Assembly: GCA_964036045.1 (NCBI GenBank)
Contig: OZ038378.1
Span: 76,880,001-76,944,000, forward strand
Direction: 5' to 3'
DNA from: Eutreptiella sp. 'Long Island Sound 2002'
Lineage: Eukaryota > Protista > Euglenida
Length of the DNA: 64,000 nucleotides
This document shows positions 46,696 to 59,559 of this stretch, piece by piece. The stretch's first letter is position 1. The number at the start of each line of letters is the position of its first letter. The notes beneath the pieces were generated by a model. The model was given only the letters and a program-made list of their open reading frames with translations. It made no database searches and was not told the DNA's origin. The position numbers were made by a program, and so were the translations under genes.

Positions 46696-48319
46696 ATTGT
46701 TCACACATATATGGGCATATATATGTTTGGCTATGTTAAGGATGGAATGAAGATGCTACATTCGAAAGCATGGACCTAGTTGCAGTTGTTTGATGTTGCC
46801 ACTCGTCTTCTGCTAGCCGGGATGCCTCTGCTGCTTGGGGGGGACCTGTGCTGGAATACGGTACTATTTTTCATTTTCCCTGAGTGGTAAAACCAAAAAT
46901 TTACCCCACTTGTGTATATTCAAAATGTTCAGAACTAAACGACTAAACGGGGCCCTCAAAAAAGCCCCCAAAATGGGGAAAAATTTGACCGCCCCCCCCC
47001 CTCCCGACCCCCCTGCCCACGCCGCGGGGGTTGGTGTCTAGAACTGAATTGCAGACCCGCCCGTGCAGGCCACCACCCCTCAACCAAGGACTGAGTGATG
47101 CTAGGAACAACTGACTAGCCTCTGAGGCATCACTCTGCAGGCTTTGACATGGCCCTATTATGGAAATATTTGGAACTGGTTCGTTGAAAAACTGGTAGTC
47201 CTGAATCATCTGAAACACCTGCTTGTTGGTGCTTGTCTGTGCTATGGACTGCAATACAATCCCAGAGTCCAACTGATCCAATTGGTATGCCTGAGTAGGA
47301 ATGGACTGCAATCCCAGAGTCCAAGGTACCCCAGGTCCTTCGCAGTGGCACCAAACTTAATGAACCATAGCCCCCAAAAAAACTGGGCCAGGCGCAAAAA
47401 AAAGGCAAAAAGAAAAGATTTGAGTCATTGTGCCGAAAACAGCTCCGCAAAACTGAATTCCGCAAAAAAAATGCAGAAATGAAACAATTTCCCCCTATTT
47501 TGGGTGCTTTTGCAAAATTTTGTCTAAATACAATTGAAAACACCCAACACAAAACTTTCGGATTGGCACGATAATCAATGTCCCAAAACATCAGCATTGA
47601 ATCGCAGTGTGCCTGCAGAGGTGCAATGTTTGCAGTCACAAAGGAGCATGGCCCTACATTCAGGCTTGCAGTCACAAAGGAGCATGGCCCTACATTCAGG
47701 CTGACATCACCGCCATGGACACTACTAACAGCAGGTTGTCGTCCTCCGCTGTATCCTCGTCTGCTATGTTTGTGTCTTCTGGTGAGGGGCATCCTTGGTA
47801 ACCGGGAGAGTAGATCGTTTCCTGAGCTGTTGATACTTGGGCGCAGTTGTTGACTGTTGCAACAATGTCACATGTATTTGATGTGCCTCGTGTCTTGTGC
47901 TGGAGCACAAGCATCCTCCCACCTGCAGGTTCCTAGGTCTTTAATGCAGGTGAAGAGGAACTTTGAGTCACGAAACTAAACAACACTGGACTGAAGACCG
48001 ACCGAAGGAGAACAAAAGACACAAAAATTTGAGTTCCTGGTGATATAGATTGTGCATCTTCGAACCTGAAGACCAACATCTGACAAATTTTGCATGCAAC
48101 TTGCGTAGTTCCCCATAGTTCCCACGAGTTTCCGAGTCGTTGTGCAATTGCCACTGGAAAGCCTTGCTACTGACTTCTGTTCTCAGCATGTAATCCATGC
48201 CCCTGGTTGTCTCCGAACTCGCAATCCATCTCCCCAGCATGCTGTTCTAGTGCCCGCCCTCTTCAGTGTGAAGTTTTCTCCACCCCTGATTGTATCCCCT
48301 CTCATTACGTGTGGCCGAT

Positions 48320-49626
48320 ATGCTGCCCCAAGGCCTCACAGTGTACACCACAAGCATTGGTGCAGTACGCAAAGAGCGCGATGATTGCCGCCGACTGCAT
48401 CAAACTTTCGCCACCCTTGGCATCGATTACGAGGAGGTGGACCTTGCGGACCACAAATTAATCACTCGCAACACAATCAAGATACGGAGTTTGAAGCTGC
48501 GCCTGCCCCAAGTTTTTGTCGGTGAGGATTTCATCGCAGACTATGACACCGTAGAGGAGTGGAATGAGAACGGCGTTTTGCAGGCCAGTCTACACGAGGC
48601 CCTGCAGGCCCATGCCTCGGGGCACGACGCAGTGCTTGAGTCCCAAGGCACAGCTCCGGAGCCCACGTCCAAACCTTCGGACCCTGGTATGACAACGGCA
48701 GGTTCCGCAGCGCAAGCCTGCAGCGCATGCAGTCCTGCCTCGACGGAGCATCATCCTGCTGTTGAGCGGGAGTCCAGCGTGAGCCCAAGTCCTGTCAGCA
48801 CACTGAAGCTGGAAATCGAGACATCGCCGGTGGACCATGAGGCTGCAGCAGCAGATGCGGCCGAAGCACCGGATGATGCGCTGGGCCCTGCAGGTACTGC
48901 ACCCGTGACAGATGTCGCAGCCCCTGGGCCTATACCTGGGCCCATCCTGGAGCCCCAGTCCGCCCTATATCAGGATTGGAGTGCGATGGTGCTACGCAAC
49001 AAATACACGCAGTCCGTGAAGGCCCTTCAGCGCATGGCACTTGTGGAGGCGGATCTGAAAGCCTATAAACGGCAGCAAGAGCAGCAGCAGCGGCAGCGGC
49101 GCCAGGAGGAGGCTGCAAAGGCGCATCTTGCAGCTGCCCAGCGGCTGGATCCCATGCCGTTGTTGCCTGCCCGGATCGCACGAGGCCCTCAGAGCGCCGT
49201 GCCTCGCCCCCCCCCCCCTCGGCCTCCCCTGCCCGTCCCCAAACGCAAGACATTTGACGACCGCGCGGTGAGTGACCGGCAATCGCGAATCAATGCGGAG
49301 GATCTCGCGCACCAACGGCAGCAGCACGAGGCCCCGCCGCCGCAGAGTGCCAAAGCGGGGGCCGTGCGGAGGCCGGTGCTCAGCCCCGTCAAATCTCTGG
49401 CGCCAGTGCAGACTACTACCCTCATCTCAATGGACGAGGCGCTGAAGGACCCGCAGCTGCTGCGGATGTGCGCCCAGAACCGGCTGTTGGACAAGTGGTT
49501 TGAGGAGGTCAAAGCTGCTGCTGTGGCGACGCTTGACCAGCTGAAGGCCGGAAGCTCACAATCGCCCACAGTGCCCATGGCCCCACGAGAGGGGCTGAGT
49601 CTGCTCCTCACGGCGTCGGAGTGCGG
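48320..49626 (+). CDS. Exon 1 of a glutaredoxin-like (GRX_GRX-like/SH3BGR-type) domain protein with Pro/Ala-rich and coiled-coil tail
   Basis: VYTTSIGAVRKERDDC..LGIDYEEVDL..LPQVFVG..WNENGVL is the thioredoxin-fold signature of this family. Long intact GC3-rich ORF ending at a gg|GTAATG donor. Confidence 0.85.
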
Positions 49627-50752
49627 GTAATGTCAGGGCAGAGGCCGTCTGCCCGGACCATCCCCAGACTCCCTCGTGCACACTCACTCGTGCTTGATCT
49701 GGGAATATGGGGTCAGAAGCTGATCGACATCACCACTGGCCCTTGGTCACCAGCACATGCCCTCAGAGGATTGCCCCCCGGAATCGGGTCTGAGTTGGTG
49801 TGTCGAGCCCTGGGCTCATGCTCAGGTAAAGTACTGTTCTCGGGTGAGGGCCGATCTGCCCTTGGCGCTATGTCCAGAGGTGCACCCTGTCTGGTCCCTG
49901 TCGCTGCCCCTCCTAACGCCCCCTCACATTGGCTCCTCCAACATTCAGCTTCCTGCAACGCGCTGCCCAATCCCTGCTTCAGCTGTGTACCCATGTCTCC
50001 CTGACCTGCTTACGCTAGGAACAGAAACTCCCCCCCACCTTTTTGTTTCGTTTTTCTGAGTTCATTTTGGGACATGGGGTGCTCTTAGCGTCTTGCTGCC
50101 TACACGCCTCAGGGGTCCGTAACATGTCTCTTGCACTTGTTCAGGGCGTCCTTTTTTCTTTAGCAGTTGACTGACGGTGGATTGGTGGTTACCCAATGTC
50201 AATCGATGCTTCATTGACGGCAGCCAATGGCAAATTGGCAGAATCCAGGTGTAACTGACCGCGGTTGGCGTTTGACACACAGGTTTTTTTGGCTATTGGT
50301 CGACAGCACTTGTGAGCCAACACCCACGCGTTATTTACCTCTATGGGCAACGGACTTTGGCCGTCCTGCCCAAATCGCCTGCCATACACTATTGACTCCA
50401 CTCCCCACTCCGTTCTTCATGTTGTGTACTGCATGCTTCATGTTATGTATTACAGTCCGGGACTGCATTTGATCAGTATGTTTTCCTTCAGCCGGGGTGC
50501 ACAAGGCAAAAAAACAGTGGTGATATTTTGGCCCTCAACAATGCTGACCGGAGGCGAGCCCCCGTGAGTAATACAGTCGGGAATCAGGGAATGGGTTGGA
50601 AGGGATGGTTGATGGGGCAGGCAGCGAATATGTGTGTGGGCAAATATGTGCAAAAATGAAGTATAAATGTGTATGACAATCCCGGGTCAAAGCAAGATTG
50701 CGATTTGTGACTGGTGGTGCATGAATTGACGCGCTTTTTCTGGTCTTTGCAG
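49627..50752 (+). other. Predicted 1126-bp phase-2 GT-AG intron
   Basis: Donor GTAATG, branch-like aattgac at ~50724 and acceptor ctttttctggtctttgcAG. Confidence 0.6.
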
Positions 50753-50978
50753 GTCGAGTGATCTTACTTGCCTTTCCACACCACGTCCTGAATTTCACTA
50801 CCTCTCCCCACTCCCACTGTCCGACCAGACAGCCATGAGCGCTGCTGAAGCATGCAGCCTCGAACCCCTGGACGCTGCGTCGGAGTCACACACTCTCGGG
50901 AGTATTTCCTTCTCAAGCCAAGACACAGCCTTTACCACTTCGATGATACCTACAGCTCTTGCGAGTGGCTCCATGTAG
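50753..50978 (+). CDS. Predicted terminal exon 2 of the glutaredoxin-like gene
   Basis: After splicing the frame stays open for ~75 codons (GSSDLTCLSTPRPEFHY...ALASGSM*) to TAG at 50976-50978. Confidence 0.55.
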
Positions 50979-52729
50979 CTATAGGTTTAGACGAGAATAA
51001 ACAAGCAGAGCATGGCTGAATGATTCCCGCTTTTCAGCATCCTGACTTTTTGATCATCTGTAGTGTAATAATCATTTGCTTGCCTGATGGGATAGACCTG
51101 CTGACAATGAAGTGTAGCATAGCACTGAAGGGGGCGGTCCCACCTTGGGGTTTTGCTTACTGAGTTGGTTCATTGCAGTTGCAGTTGTTTGTGTTTTACT
51201 CGAACTGCTGAAAGCAGGCCTGGCATGAACTGCTGAAAGCAGGCCTGGCATGCAAGTTGAACATTGCTCTGCATATTGTTTCTGGGTATTTTGGCGCATG
51301 TTGAACGGATTGCTCCCCCACCTGCCTCCCAGGCCCCACTTGCATCCTTCCCCCTCTACAGTCTGGGCGCATGGCTCCACAAAACACAATCAAGTGCATT
51401 TGATTAGAAGTACCAGCCGGCATCCTACTGCACATTTATGGTTCAAACCCCTCCCTGCCCCCAGGGCACCAACACTGCCACGTAATGGGAGGTGCAATGG
51501 GGGGTGGGTGGTGGAAGAGCTGAAGGTAATGCACATGTGGATTCCATAGGAGGGGCTCTGGCAGGGCTTCCGAAGAGATTTGGTGTGCTCCTGTTGGTCT
51601 CTCTGTCATGCAGCCTTAAGCGCAGTGCGCGCGCAGTGCAGGCGCAGTGCAACTATTTGGGTGTCTAGCCGCATTGGAGACCCATACTTTGTGATACTAG
51701 GGGCATCATTGTTGCCCCTAGCCTAGGTTTTGATGCTTCTTCCACATTGGGGATATGGCATTTTTGGATATTCACCCACTTTCACCCATTTCCACCCCGT
51801 TTCACACTTTTTTGCTCATCTCCGCCATGGACTCCCACACTTTGGTGTGGGCCTTTGAGTTGGGGTGACAGACTCCCCGGTTTTTGCCTGACCATAGTCG
51901 AATGCCCTATGCGAGGATGCATCGCTGCTGATGAGGATGCGGGGTTGTACCACAAATGGAAACCGGAGGTTGACGTGGATTCCCTCCTGCAAGCCACTTT
52001 GCCCCCCGGTCCAGTTGAGGATGAAGTGGACACATGCGAGGCTTTGGTACTAGCTGGCAGGGTGAGTGAGCTTTCGAATAAGGTCACTCCGGAGCATTCT
52101 GATTTTGCACTTAGTTGACGATTGAACAGAAAAGAGGATATGTTTGTGGCTTTTTGCATGATGTCTTACGTGAGGGGAAGGTAGCTTGCATTTGTCTTTA
52201 GCTAGGGTAGTTTGGGTGACCTAAATTTAGGAGCATTTGGAAGGGGTGTGCCTGGGGGTTCTTTAGGGAGGACCTTGTCTAAAAGTAGCGCGCAGTGCGC
52301 GCGACGCGCGCGCGCAGTGCAAGGATTCCCCCAAAGGCACAGGAAACCCCGCTCCCTGACTCTGTCGCTAACTTTCCAATGCACAAGAGATTTGAACCTT
52401 GATGCCCCCCAACAACACCTCTCCACTAGCCCCTCCATAGCGAGCTCTTGAGCTGTCGGGCTCTTCCTCAACGAAGTCTCTGACAGGCCTGACCCCTAGA
52501 CATGTTCTTTGTCTGTGTGCACCATTTTTTTTTGAAAAAGCTCCTGGCACCAAGGAGTGTTGTGGATTTCGATGATTCCCCCTGCTGAAGGAGGCGCACC
52601 TGATGCAGTGCATGTGCCATGCACGGGGCACGACCATTTGGCAACATCAATAGGAAAGGTGTTGTGTTATCAGTAGGATTTGTCCTCTCATGCCGGCACC
52701 TCGGAATTTTTTTTTTTGGGGACAGCGAA

Positions 52730-52960
52730 AGGCCCCCAAAATGTACCAAGACGACCCCCGAAATGTACCAAAAGCCCCCCCCAAAATGTACCAAAACACC
52801 CCCCTGTTCAACCACCCAAGTTGTGCCAAAAAAAACCCGGGGGTCTTTTGGTGCAATTTGGGATTTTTTGGGTAATTTTTAGCCGGGGAGGGGGGGGGGG
52901 TACATTTTGCGACAAAAACGGGTTTTTTTTTTGGTACAAAGTAGGGGGCTTTTTGATACG
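52730..52960. repeat. AAATGTACCA motif array with inverted copies (MITE-like end)
   Basis: aaatgtacca occurs three times at 52739-52792. Inverted tacatttt/tggtacaaa copies lie at ~52900-52940. Confidence 0.55.
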
Positions 52961-53650
52961 CACCACAAAAAGATAAAGATGCCTAGTGCATGCCCGATGC
53001 CCTAACCCTTCCCTCTAAAGAGAGCAAAGGGTTTGGCCACAATAATTGTATAAACATCCCTTCTTTCTAGGATAGCACAATCAAGGGCAGAATACACTTG
53101 GCACCCACTTCATATTCTTTGAAATGGCCCTAGGTCCATTGTGGCTTTATGGTACACTTCAGGGGGTTTCAAGAACACATCTGAGGTTTTTCAGTACATT
53201 TCGTCTGGTTATTGTTCGACATTTGCTGGGAGTTTAAGAATAACCTCCGGGAGTGAGTGTGGTGTGGGAGCCCAGGCAGGGTGTTGGGTGGATCCTGAGA
53301 ACTGTCAACCTCCCCCCCTCCCCCAATGGTGTGCCCAGGTCTGCTTGTAGTGCATCTGGGTGGTCCGTTTGGGCAGATTTCAGGCATGGAGGTAGGAGAG
53401 GGAATGGAAGGTCACGGAACTACATGTGATTGTACACTCAGTGTTTTGCTTCAAATTGCTCTTTGTATGCGTGTTGCAGGGGAACGTGGGTGATAGGCGG
53501 TTGGTGCACGGGGTGAATTGCTGTTTGGTTGCGGGATGTCTGACAGGGCTGGGTGGAGTTTTATGCGTGTGGTTGGGGCATGGGTAGTGTCTGTCATACG
53601 CAGATGCGTGGAACCCAGAGGCCTGCAAATGCTTCAACTGTGGGAACCCT

Positions 53651-54411
53651 GCCAGCCCCCCCCCCCCCCCCCCGTTCCGGTCACCGGAATTGCCGGAACG
53701 TGCCGGAATGTTTTGCCGGAACGTTGTGATTCTGTGAGGCTCAATGTTTTTCAGTGAAAACGCTTGCTGCTACTGTCAACCGTTGTCGTCCACTTTGCCA
53801 GTAACACTTTTGTTCGTCCATCCACTGGCAGAGATGTTGAAATGTTGTTTTTGTGGCTCGGTTACAATGAACGGCAACAACACTACACTTGTCTGAGATG
53901 TGAAGTGCAGTTTGATGCAATTCTCCACTTGTGTGCATTTGTCGGCCTGTTGCCACTTTTCTTTCAGACTTGTTTCTGCATGGAAAAAAAAAGGACAGCT
54001 TTGAATGCCGATCAGAGCCAAGTGACAAAAAGTGCAAAAAACTTCCGTGGGTGGCAGAGCCAAGTGACAAAAAGTGCAAAAAGGTTCGGTGGCCCGTTAC
54101 AGGGGATTGAACCCACGCTTGCAGATCTGCAGACCAGTGCATATCCACTGGACCAGTGGCAGGTTCTGAAATACTGCTGACCAGGAACCATATACAGACC
54201 GAGAGATGAAAATTGCTTTTTTGCAAATTGAGGGATGCTTTGGGTTTCCACATTACTCCAACTACCGAACAACCAAAAGGAAGGTGTGTTTGCGCCCTGG
54301 GACTGAGATCCTGGGCACCGGGAACCTCTTTTGCTGAACAAACGGCTCGCCGGAACGTTGCGCCGGAACATTGGGTTTTTCTCGCCGGAACCGGGGGGGG
54401 GGGGGGTTGCC
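53651..54411. mobile_element. MITE-like element with poly-C/poly-G TIRs and GCCGGAA subterminal arrays
   Basis: Left gccag-C18-gttccgg versus right ccggaacc-G14-ttgcc. gccggaa occurs 3-4 times at each end. Internal ~28-bp direct repeat cagagccaagtgacaaaaagtgcaaaaa. Confidence 0.65.
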
Positions 54412-55384
54412 CTGCACCCCAAATCCCAGCAATCTTGCTGTGTATTGTGCTGTGATTGTCAGCGTATAGTGTTTTGTGCCTGGTGTGCACTGAGAAGTGT
54501 ACAGGCATGGCAGTGTCCCACTGGATGGTTGGGGGGAATGGGGCAGCTTCATTTTATCCTTGCAGAGTCAGTGAATCACTACTACGTGTCAGATCTGTTA
54601 CCAGACTTCTGCGGGGTCATTGTGGAAAGGGACAGAAGAATTGTGCAATCTGATGTCAGTGGTCTGCTAGATCTACTCTTCATTAGATGCCTGGGGGGCA
54701 GCTGGCCTGGTCTTTATATGCGACCCCCCCCCCCCCCACCCCCGGCCCCTGGTTTTGAGAGATAGTGGGTTGGGGGGTATGGTGCCAAGAGCGCCCAATT
54801 ATTTTTGTGCATGCCTCCCCTTCATCAACCCATTCATGCTTTGAGCGGGAGATTAGCAAGACGGGGCACTATTCAATTGTCGTTTGTTGCAAAGTGAAGA
54901 CCCTGCATTCAGAGCTCTTCCCCTGCTCAAGTGCAGTCCCAGTGTTTTCACATACATCCCTCAGTACCCCCCAACCCCCAGACAGACATCCCCCCCCCCC
55001 CGGAGGTATGCACGTGGTAGTGGTGGCTCGCGCGCAGCCCCCCCCAAAGTGGGAACCCCCCCCCCCAGCCTAACCGCCACCCCCCCCCCCCCCCCCCCGC
55101 ACTCTCACCCAATAGCCAAATTCCACCAAGTGTGCCCAGAACTTGAGGTCTTCCTGCACACTTGTGCACGAGTGGTTTTATCATTTACTGGGGGAACGTT
55201 AGCGCGCCGGGCGCGCGCCGGGCATCTTTTTGGACCCGTGCCCCTCTAGTGGCCTTTTAGGGGGTGCGCTAAGGGGGCGCACTTAGCACAGTGCAGCTAT
55301 TTGGGCGCCTGGCTGTACTAGAGACCCACACTTTGAGATACTAGGAGCATCATGGTGACCCCTAGCGTAGGTTTTGACTTCTGA

Positions 55385-56075
55385 TTCTGTCCCCTTTGTT
55401 GGGGACCCCCGAGAATGCAGGGGTGAGGGTAGCATTTGCGCCCTCTTTTGGGCCCCAACCTTCTGGTGCTATTGAGGAAACCGGGACAATCTCTGAATCC
55501 ACGTTTTGTTGCGTGGTGCATCATGGTGACCCCTGGCCTAGGTATTGTTTTCGGATTTTGTTCCCTTTCTTTTGGGGACCCCCGAGAATGCAGGGGTGGC
55601 ATAGCATTTCCGCCCTCTTTTGGGTCCCAACCTTCCAGTGCTATTGAGGAAACCGGGACAATCTTTGAATCCACGCTTCGGTGTGGCCCCTCGAGTTGGG
55701 GTTAGGGACTCACAATCCACGCTTCGGTGTGGCCCTTTGAGTTGGGGTTAGGGACTCACAATCCACGCTTCGGTGTGGCCCCTCGAGTCGGGGTTAGGGA
55801 CTCACAATCCACGCTTCGGTGTGGCCCCTCGAGTTGGGGTTAGGGATTCACAATCCACGCTCCGGTGTGGCCCCTCGAGTTGGGGTTAGGGACTCACAAT
55901 CCACGCTTCGGTGTGGCCCCTCGAGTTGGGGTTAGGGATTCACAACCCACGCTTCGGTGTGGCCCCTCGAGTTGGGGTTAGGGATTCACAATCCACGCTT
56001 CGGTGTGGCCCCTCGAGTTGGGGTGAGGGACTCACAATTTTGTCCCCTTTGTTGGGGACCCCCGAGAATGCAGGT
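55385..56075 (+). repeat. Composite repeat: three copies of (t)gt(t/c)ccc..t.ttggggacccccgagaatgcagg framing the 46-bp array
   Basis: Copies at ~55387, ~55559 and ~56040. The first two extend ~115 bp. Confidence 0.8.
55671..56037 (+). repeat. 46-bp minisatellite, ~8 copies, each containing GTTGGGGTTAGGG
   Basis: Unit ccacgcttcggtgtggcccctcgagttggggttagggactcacaat starts at 55671, 55717, 55763 and so on. Confidence 0.95.
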
Positions 56076-56089
56076 AGGTGGGAGATGGC

Positions 56090-56330
56090 CGCTCCTGAGA
56101 ATCACCGACCCTGGCTCCTCAGGAGCACCGACCCTGATGCTGCTCCTCAGGAGCACCGACCCTGATAAATGCTCCTCAGGAGCACCGACCCTGTACCAGC
56201 TCCAGGGTCGGCGATTCTCAGGAGCGGCGGTTATCTTGTTAAGCATTTTGCTCCTAAGGAGCCAGGGTCATTGCTCCTCAAGAGCTAGGGGCGTGGCTCC
56301 TGAGGAGCTAGGGTCAAAGGTTGGCATTGC
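56090..56330. repeat. GCTCCTCAGGAGC palindrome / ACCGACCCTG array
   Basis: gctcctcaggagcaccgaccctg occurs three times, followed by inverted cagggtcggcgattctcaggagc. Confidence 0.85.
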
Positions 56331-58734
56331 TCCGGAGGAGGAAGGGGTTGCGAAAAAAAAATCGAAATTTGACAGTCAACTATGGTCTATGTATGGTGTC
56401 TTCCATGATGTATGCATTTAGAAGTGGAATGGTTGTCATGAAATTTCATATGTTGGTTTTCCCCAGCGTATGCGCCATGATTGATTACGCTGATATTTTT
56501 TACTTTGTAAACGACCTCTCACGAGCTTAGAAAAGGAAAAAAAAAGGCTGTTGAACCAGAAAACACCAAAACAGGGTATCGCGATTTGTTAGTCGCGAAG
56601 CGCCCTGATTCAGGCAGCAGGAGAAAATGAACTGTCGTCCCCATTCAAAGCTGAACCATACACAAATGTTCATTCGTACATCCAACTCACTCATCCATCA
56701 TTAGAAGCTTTCGCCGTGTTCCAAATTACGCCTGTCCACGATTAGTTGTAAGTCGTTGGTGACCAATGGTTGACAACGGGATGACCAGAATGTTGGGTAA
56801 AGAACTGGTCCCAAGCCGTCACTCTACCCTTGAAATCGAAGACAATGATGGTCACAGTTTCAGCACTGCAGCTTCGTCAACAGCATTTGGACGTTCAAGG
56901 GCGGAAAGCACGTGCAGTACATCCTCAACCAGATAACTGACAAGATCGGTGAAAAATTGAAGAGGAAGGTATTTCAGCGGGGGGGGGGGGGCAAACCTGT
57001 GCGCCCTTCGATGCGTTTTGATCTTTTTTGTGTAGTTTTCGATCATTGAGTTCTTGTCGTAGTCTGGGGGTAGTTGCGTGGACTTCAAGTTGTGCAAGAT
57101 CCACTGCACAAGTTGTGCACTGTGCACAACAAATGCAAAGATGCTTGACGACACAGCGGTGAGGCGCTGCCAACTCTCCTCTTCTTTTGGCTGCAGAAAA
57201 TCGATACAAAGCCCCACATCATCAGAAATGATTTGTGGGTTTTCGGCAATTGTCTGATTGGTATGTCTCTACTGGACACTGCACAATTGCTCCCGCAAAA
57301 ATCTGCACTACGTGCCCTCACTGGCAAAAGTGCTCGCTGACGGAACACGTTGCACCAAGCGCTGCAGAGGACACTCCATCATAATGCACGCCACTCCTGC
57401 AGTTAATCCTCAATTCGATTCCCAAACGAAGGAGAATATGACCCTTGTGAAAACCAAGTTCGGCTCCGAGTGCAAGATCGGTGACAAGATGATCGATGCT
57501 GTCTGCAAAGGTGACTGCCCAACCGTGGCAACTGAACGTGATACTGCTTTTGTCCTGAATGGTACCGCCTGAAGCGGCCTTCAATGCATCGGGTTGTGGG
57601 CAAGGTGGGCAAGGTAGGTTGAATAGTGACCAGGGCCCGTTGACGCGCACCTGAACACACTTCGTAGGAGATTTGTTCTTGAAGATCCAGGATGCGCACA
57701 ATTCCAAGACAGAGAGCGCATTGAATCAGTACGCCCGACCCCTGAAAGAAGGCTGAGTCGACTTCGCTGTTCGATGAGAGGAAGACGCTTCTGAAACAGG
57801 TCTGGTCCCAGACTGGCTCCTTACCTGTGTCATGCACAATTCGTAGAGCGGCAAAGTATCCCCAGCCACCCTGAGGAATTTGAGCCACTGCTTGAAAATA
57901 TGGTGGGGGGCGAAAGATGCAGAATGCACGTGGGCGATGTCCGTGATGGGCAATCAAGCAGTCGAAAAACAGTAAAACCTGTGAGCGGCCAGGAAAAAAA
58001 GTGAAAGACAGGCGCTTATGTGAGAAGTTGACGGAATCAAAATTTTGTCACGAGGGGAAGAAAGGCCAAAGGCGCACACAGCATAAGGATAATCTGCACT
58101 CTGCAATCTGAACGCACGTCTCAGCCTTGCAAAACCCTCGGGCACTCACCCAGGAACTGGCACCATCCGGCCGCACACTGGGCAGCCTAAAGGACTCCCA
58201 AATGAAATGGCAGTCCAAAGCAACTCGAGGGATTGTCTGAGACGCCGCGATCCACAGAACGAACTCCGGCAAAACGACTTGATTACACGGCCATGGTCAG
58301 TGTGTGCAGGAGTAGCGAGTTTAAAGCACACTGCTGGAACCCGTTTGACGAAGGAGGAAAGGAAAAGATGTGACATGAAAAGCAGTGGATCACAATGGAA
58401 GGGAAAATACATTGCGACTTTTTCCTGCCAAAGAATACATTGAGATTTTGGTCCAGACCCAACAAGTGAGTGGAGCGCTGGGCGATACCAGACAGAGTTG
58501 CTGCGCGCCCTGCCTGTACCACCGTCTGAAGAAGACATCGAGCTGGCCTGTCCCAAACTGAATAATTTCCTCCAAGGTCCGAACATACCACTGGTCCCAG
58601 CCATACAGTCCCACACAGGGTGGTGGCTTGGGGATGCTTTAGTGTGCATTCTGGGAGGGGGCGGGGCAGGAGCTCCCGCCCAGACCCCGCCCCCCCTTTC
58701 CTCCTCCACTCTAGGTAGCCCATCACCTAAAAAA

Positions 58735-58806
58735 AGGTTGTTAGGCCAAGGGCAGGCGCAAGCGCCATGTCCCCTCTTTGGGGGTATTCGCGCAGCATAC
58801 CCCAAT
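58735..58806 (+). repeat. Dispersed repeat family head, copy 4
   Basis: Aligns with 2685-2768. Confidence 0.55.
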
Positions 58807-59559
58807 GTTTGAAATTGGATGCTTACCCACTTGTAAATTCATCATCTTGGATGGGGGGGGGTTGGTTGAAAATTCGCAATTTCTGGGCGAGGTCGGAAGC
58901 CCCCTCCCCCCCCCCCCCGCCCCGCCATAAAACGGGCTAGACGGCTCCAAATAGCACAAAACTGGTTTGTGGTGATGCGCTTTGCTTCGAGGTCATTTTG
59001 AGCGACTCCTATGTTGTCACATTGTGGCAAAAAAGACTTTTTACTCGCCTGCTTGACTCACCCAACACCCAGTTCTAATCATTTGATGGGCCAGTCGCTA
59101 TGGAGGAACTGCCTTCATTGGAAAACGAGACACGCCAGCGGTCCCCCTCCCTCCCCTTGTCACCCTACTCAAGCAAAGCCCTGTGGGTTCGGACCCCATG
59201 GTCTGTAGACGGTGCCTACGTGCACCCGCAACAACATCGTAGCTGTAGTGGCGGAGCAATTTTTTTTGGCTTTCCAGATCCAGCTGAAATGGAGTTGTTT
59301 TTTTTTTTGGCAACTCAGAACTGCCCAAAATGGGTTTGTGCCGGCTGGACCCAAAGACGGCTTGGAACTGAGCACCACGATATCAGGATCTTTGGGAGAC
59401 ATGGCTGAAGCTCCACAGGTGGGCTGTGGGAAAAACTGGTTGGATATGATGCGATTTCAATACTGGTTTGTGGTCTTGGGAATCTGCCCCGCAACAGCAA
59501 GGGGTAATTTTCATGCCATAGAGGGGTAAGATTTCCACACCAGAAAGGGAGCACAATTT

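Noticed and set aside
55671-56037. 46-bp repeat array as a CRISPR
   Set aside because: The units are head-to-tail with no unique spacers, the context is eukaryotic and there are no cas genes.
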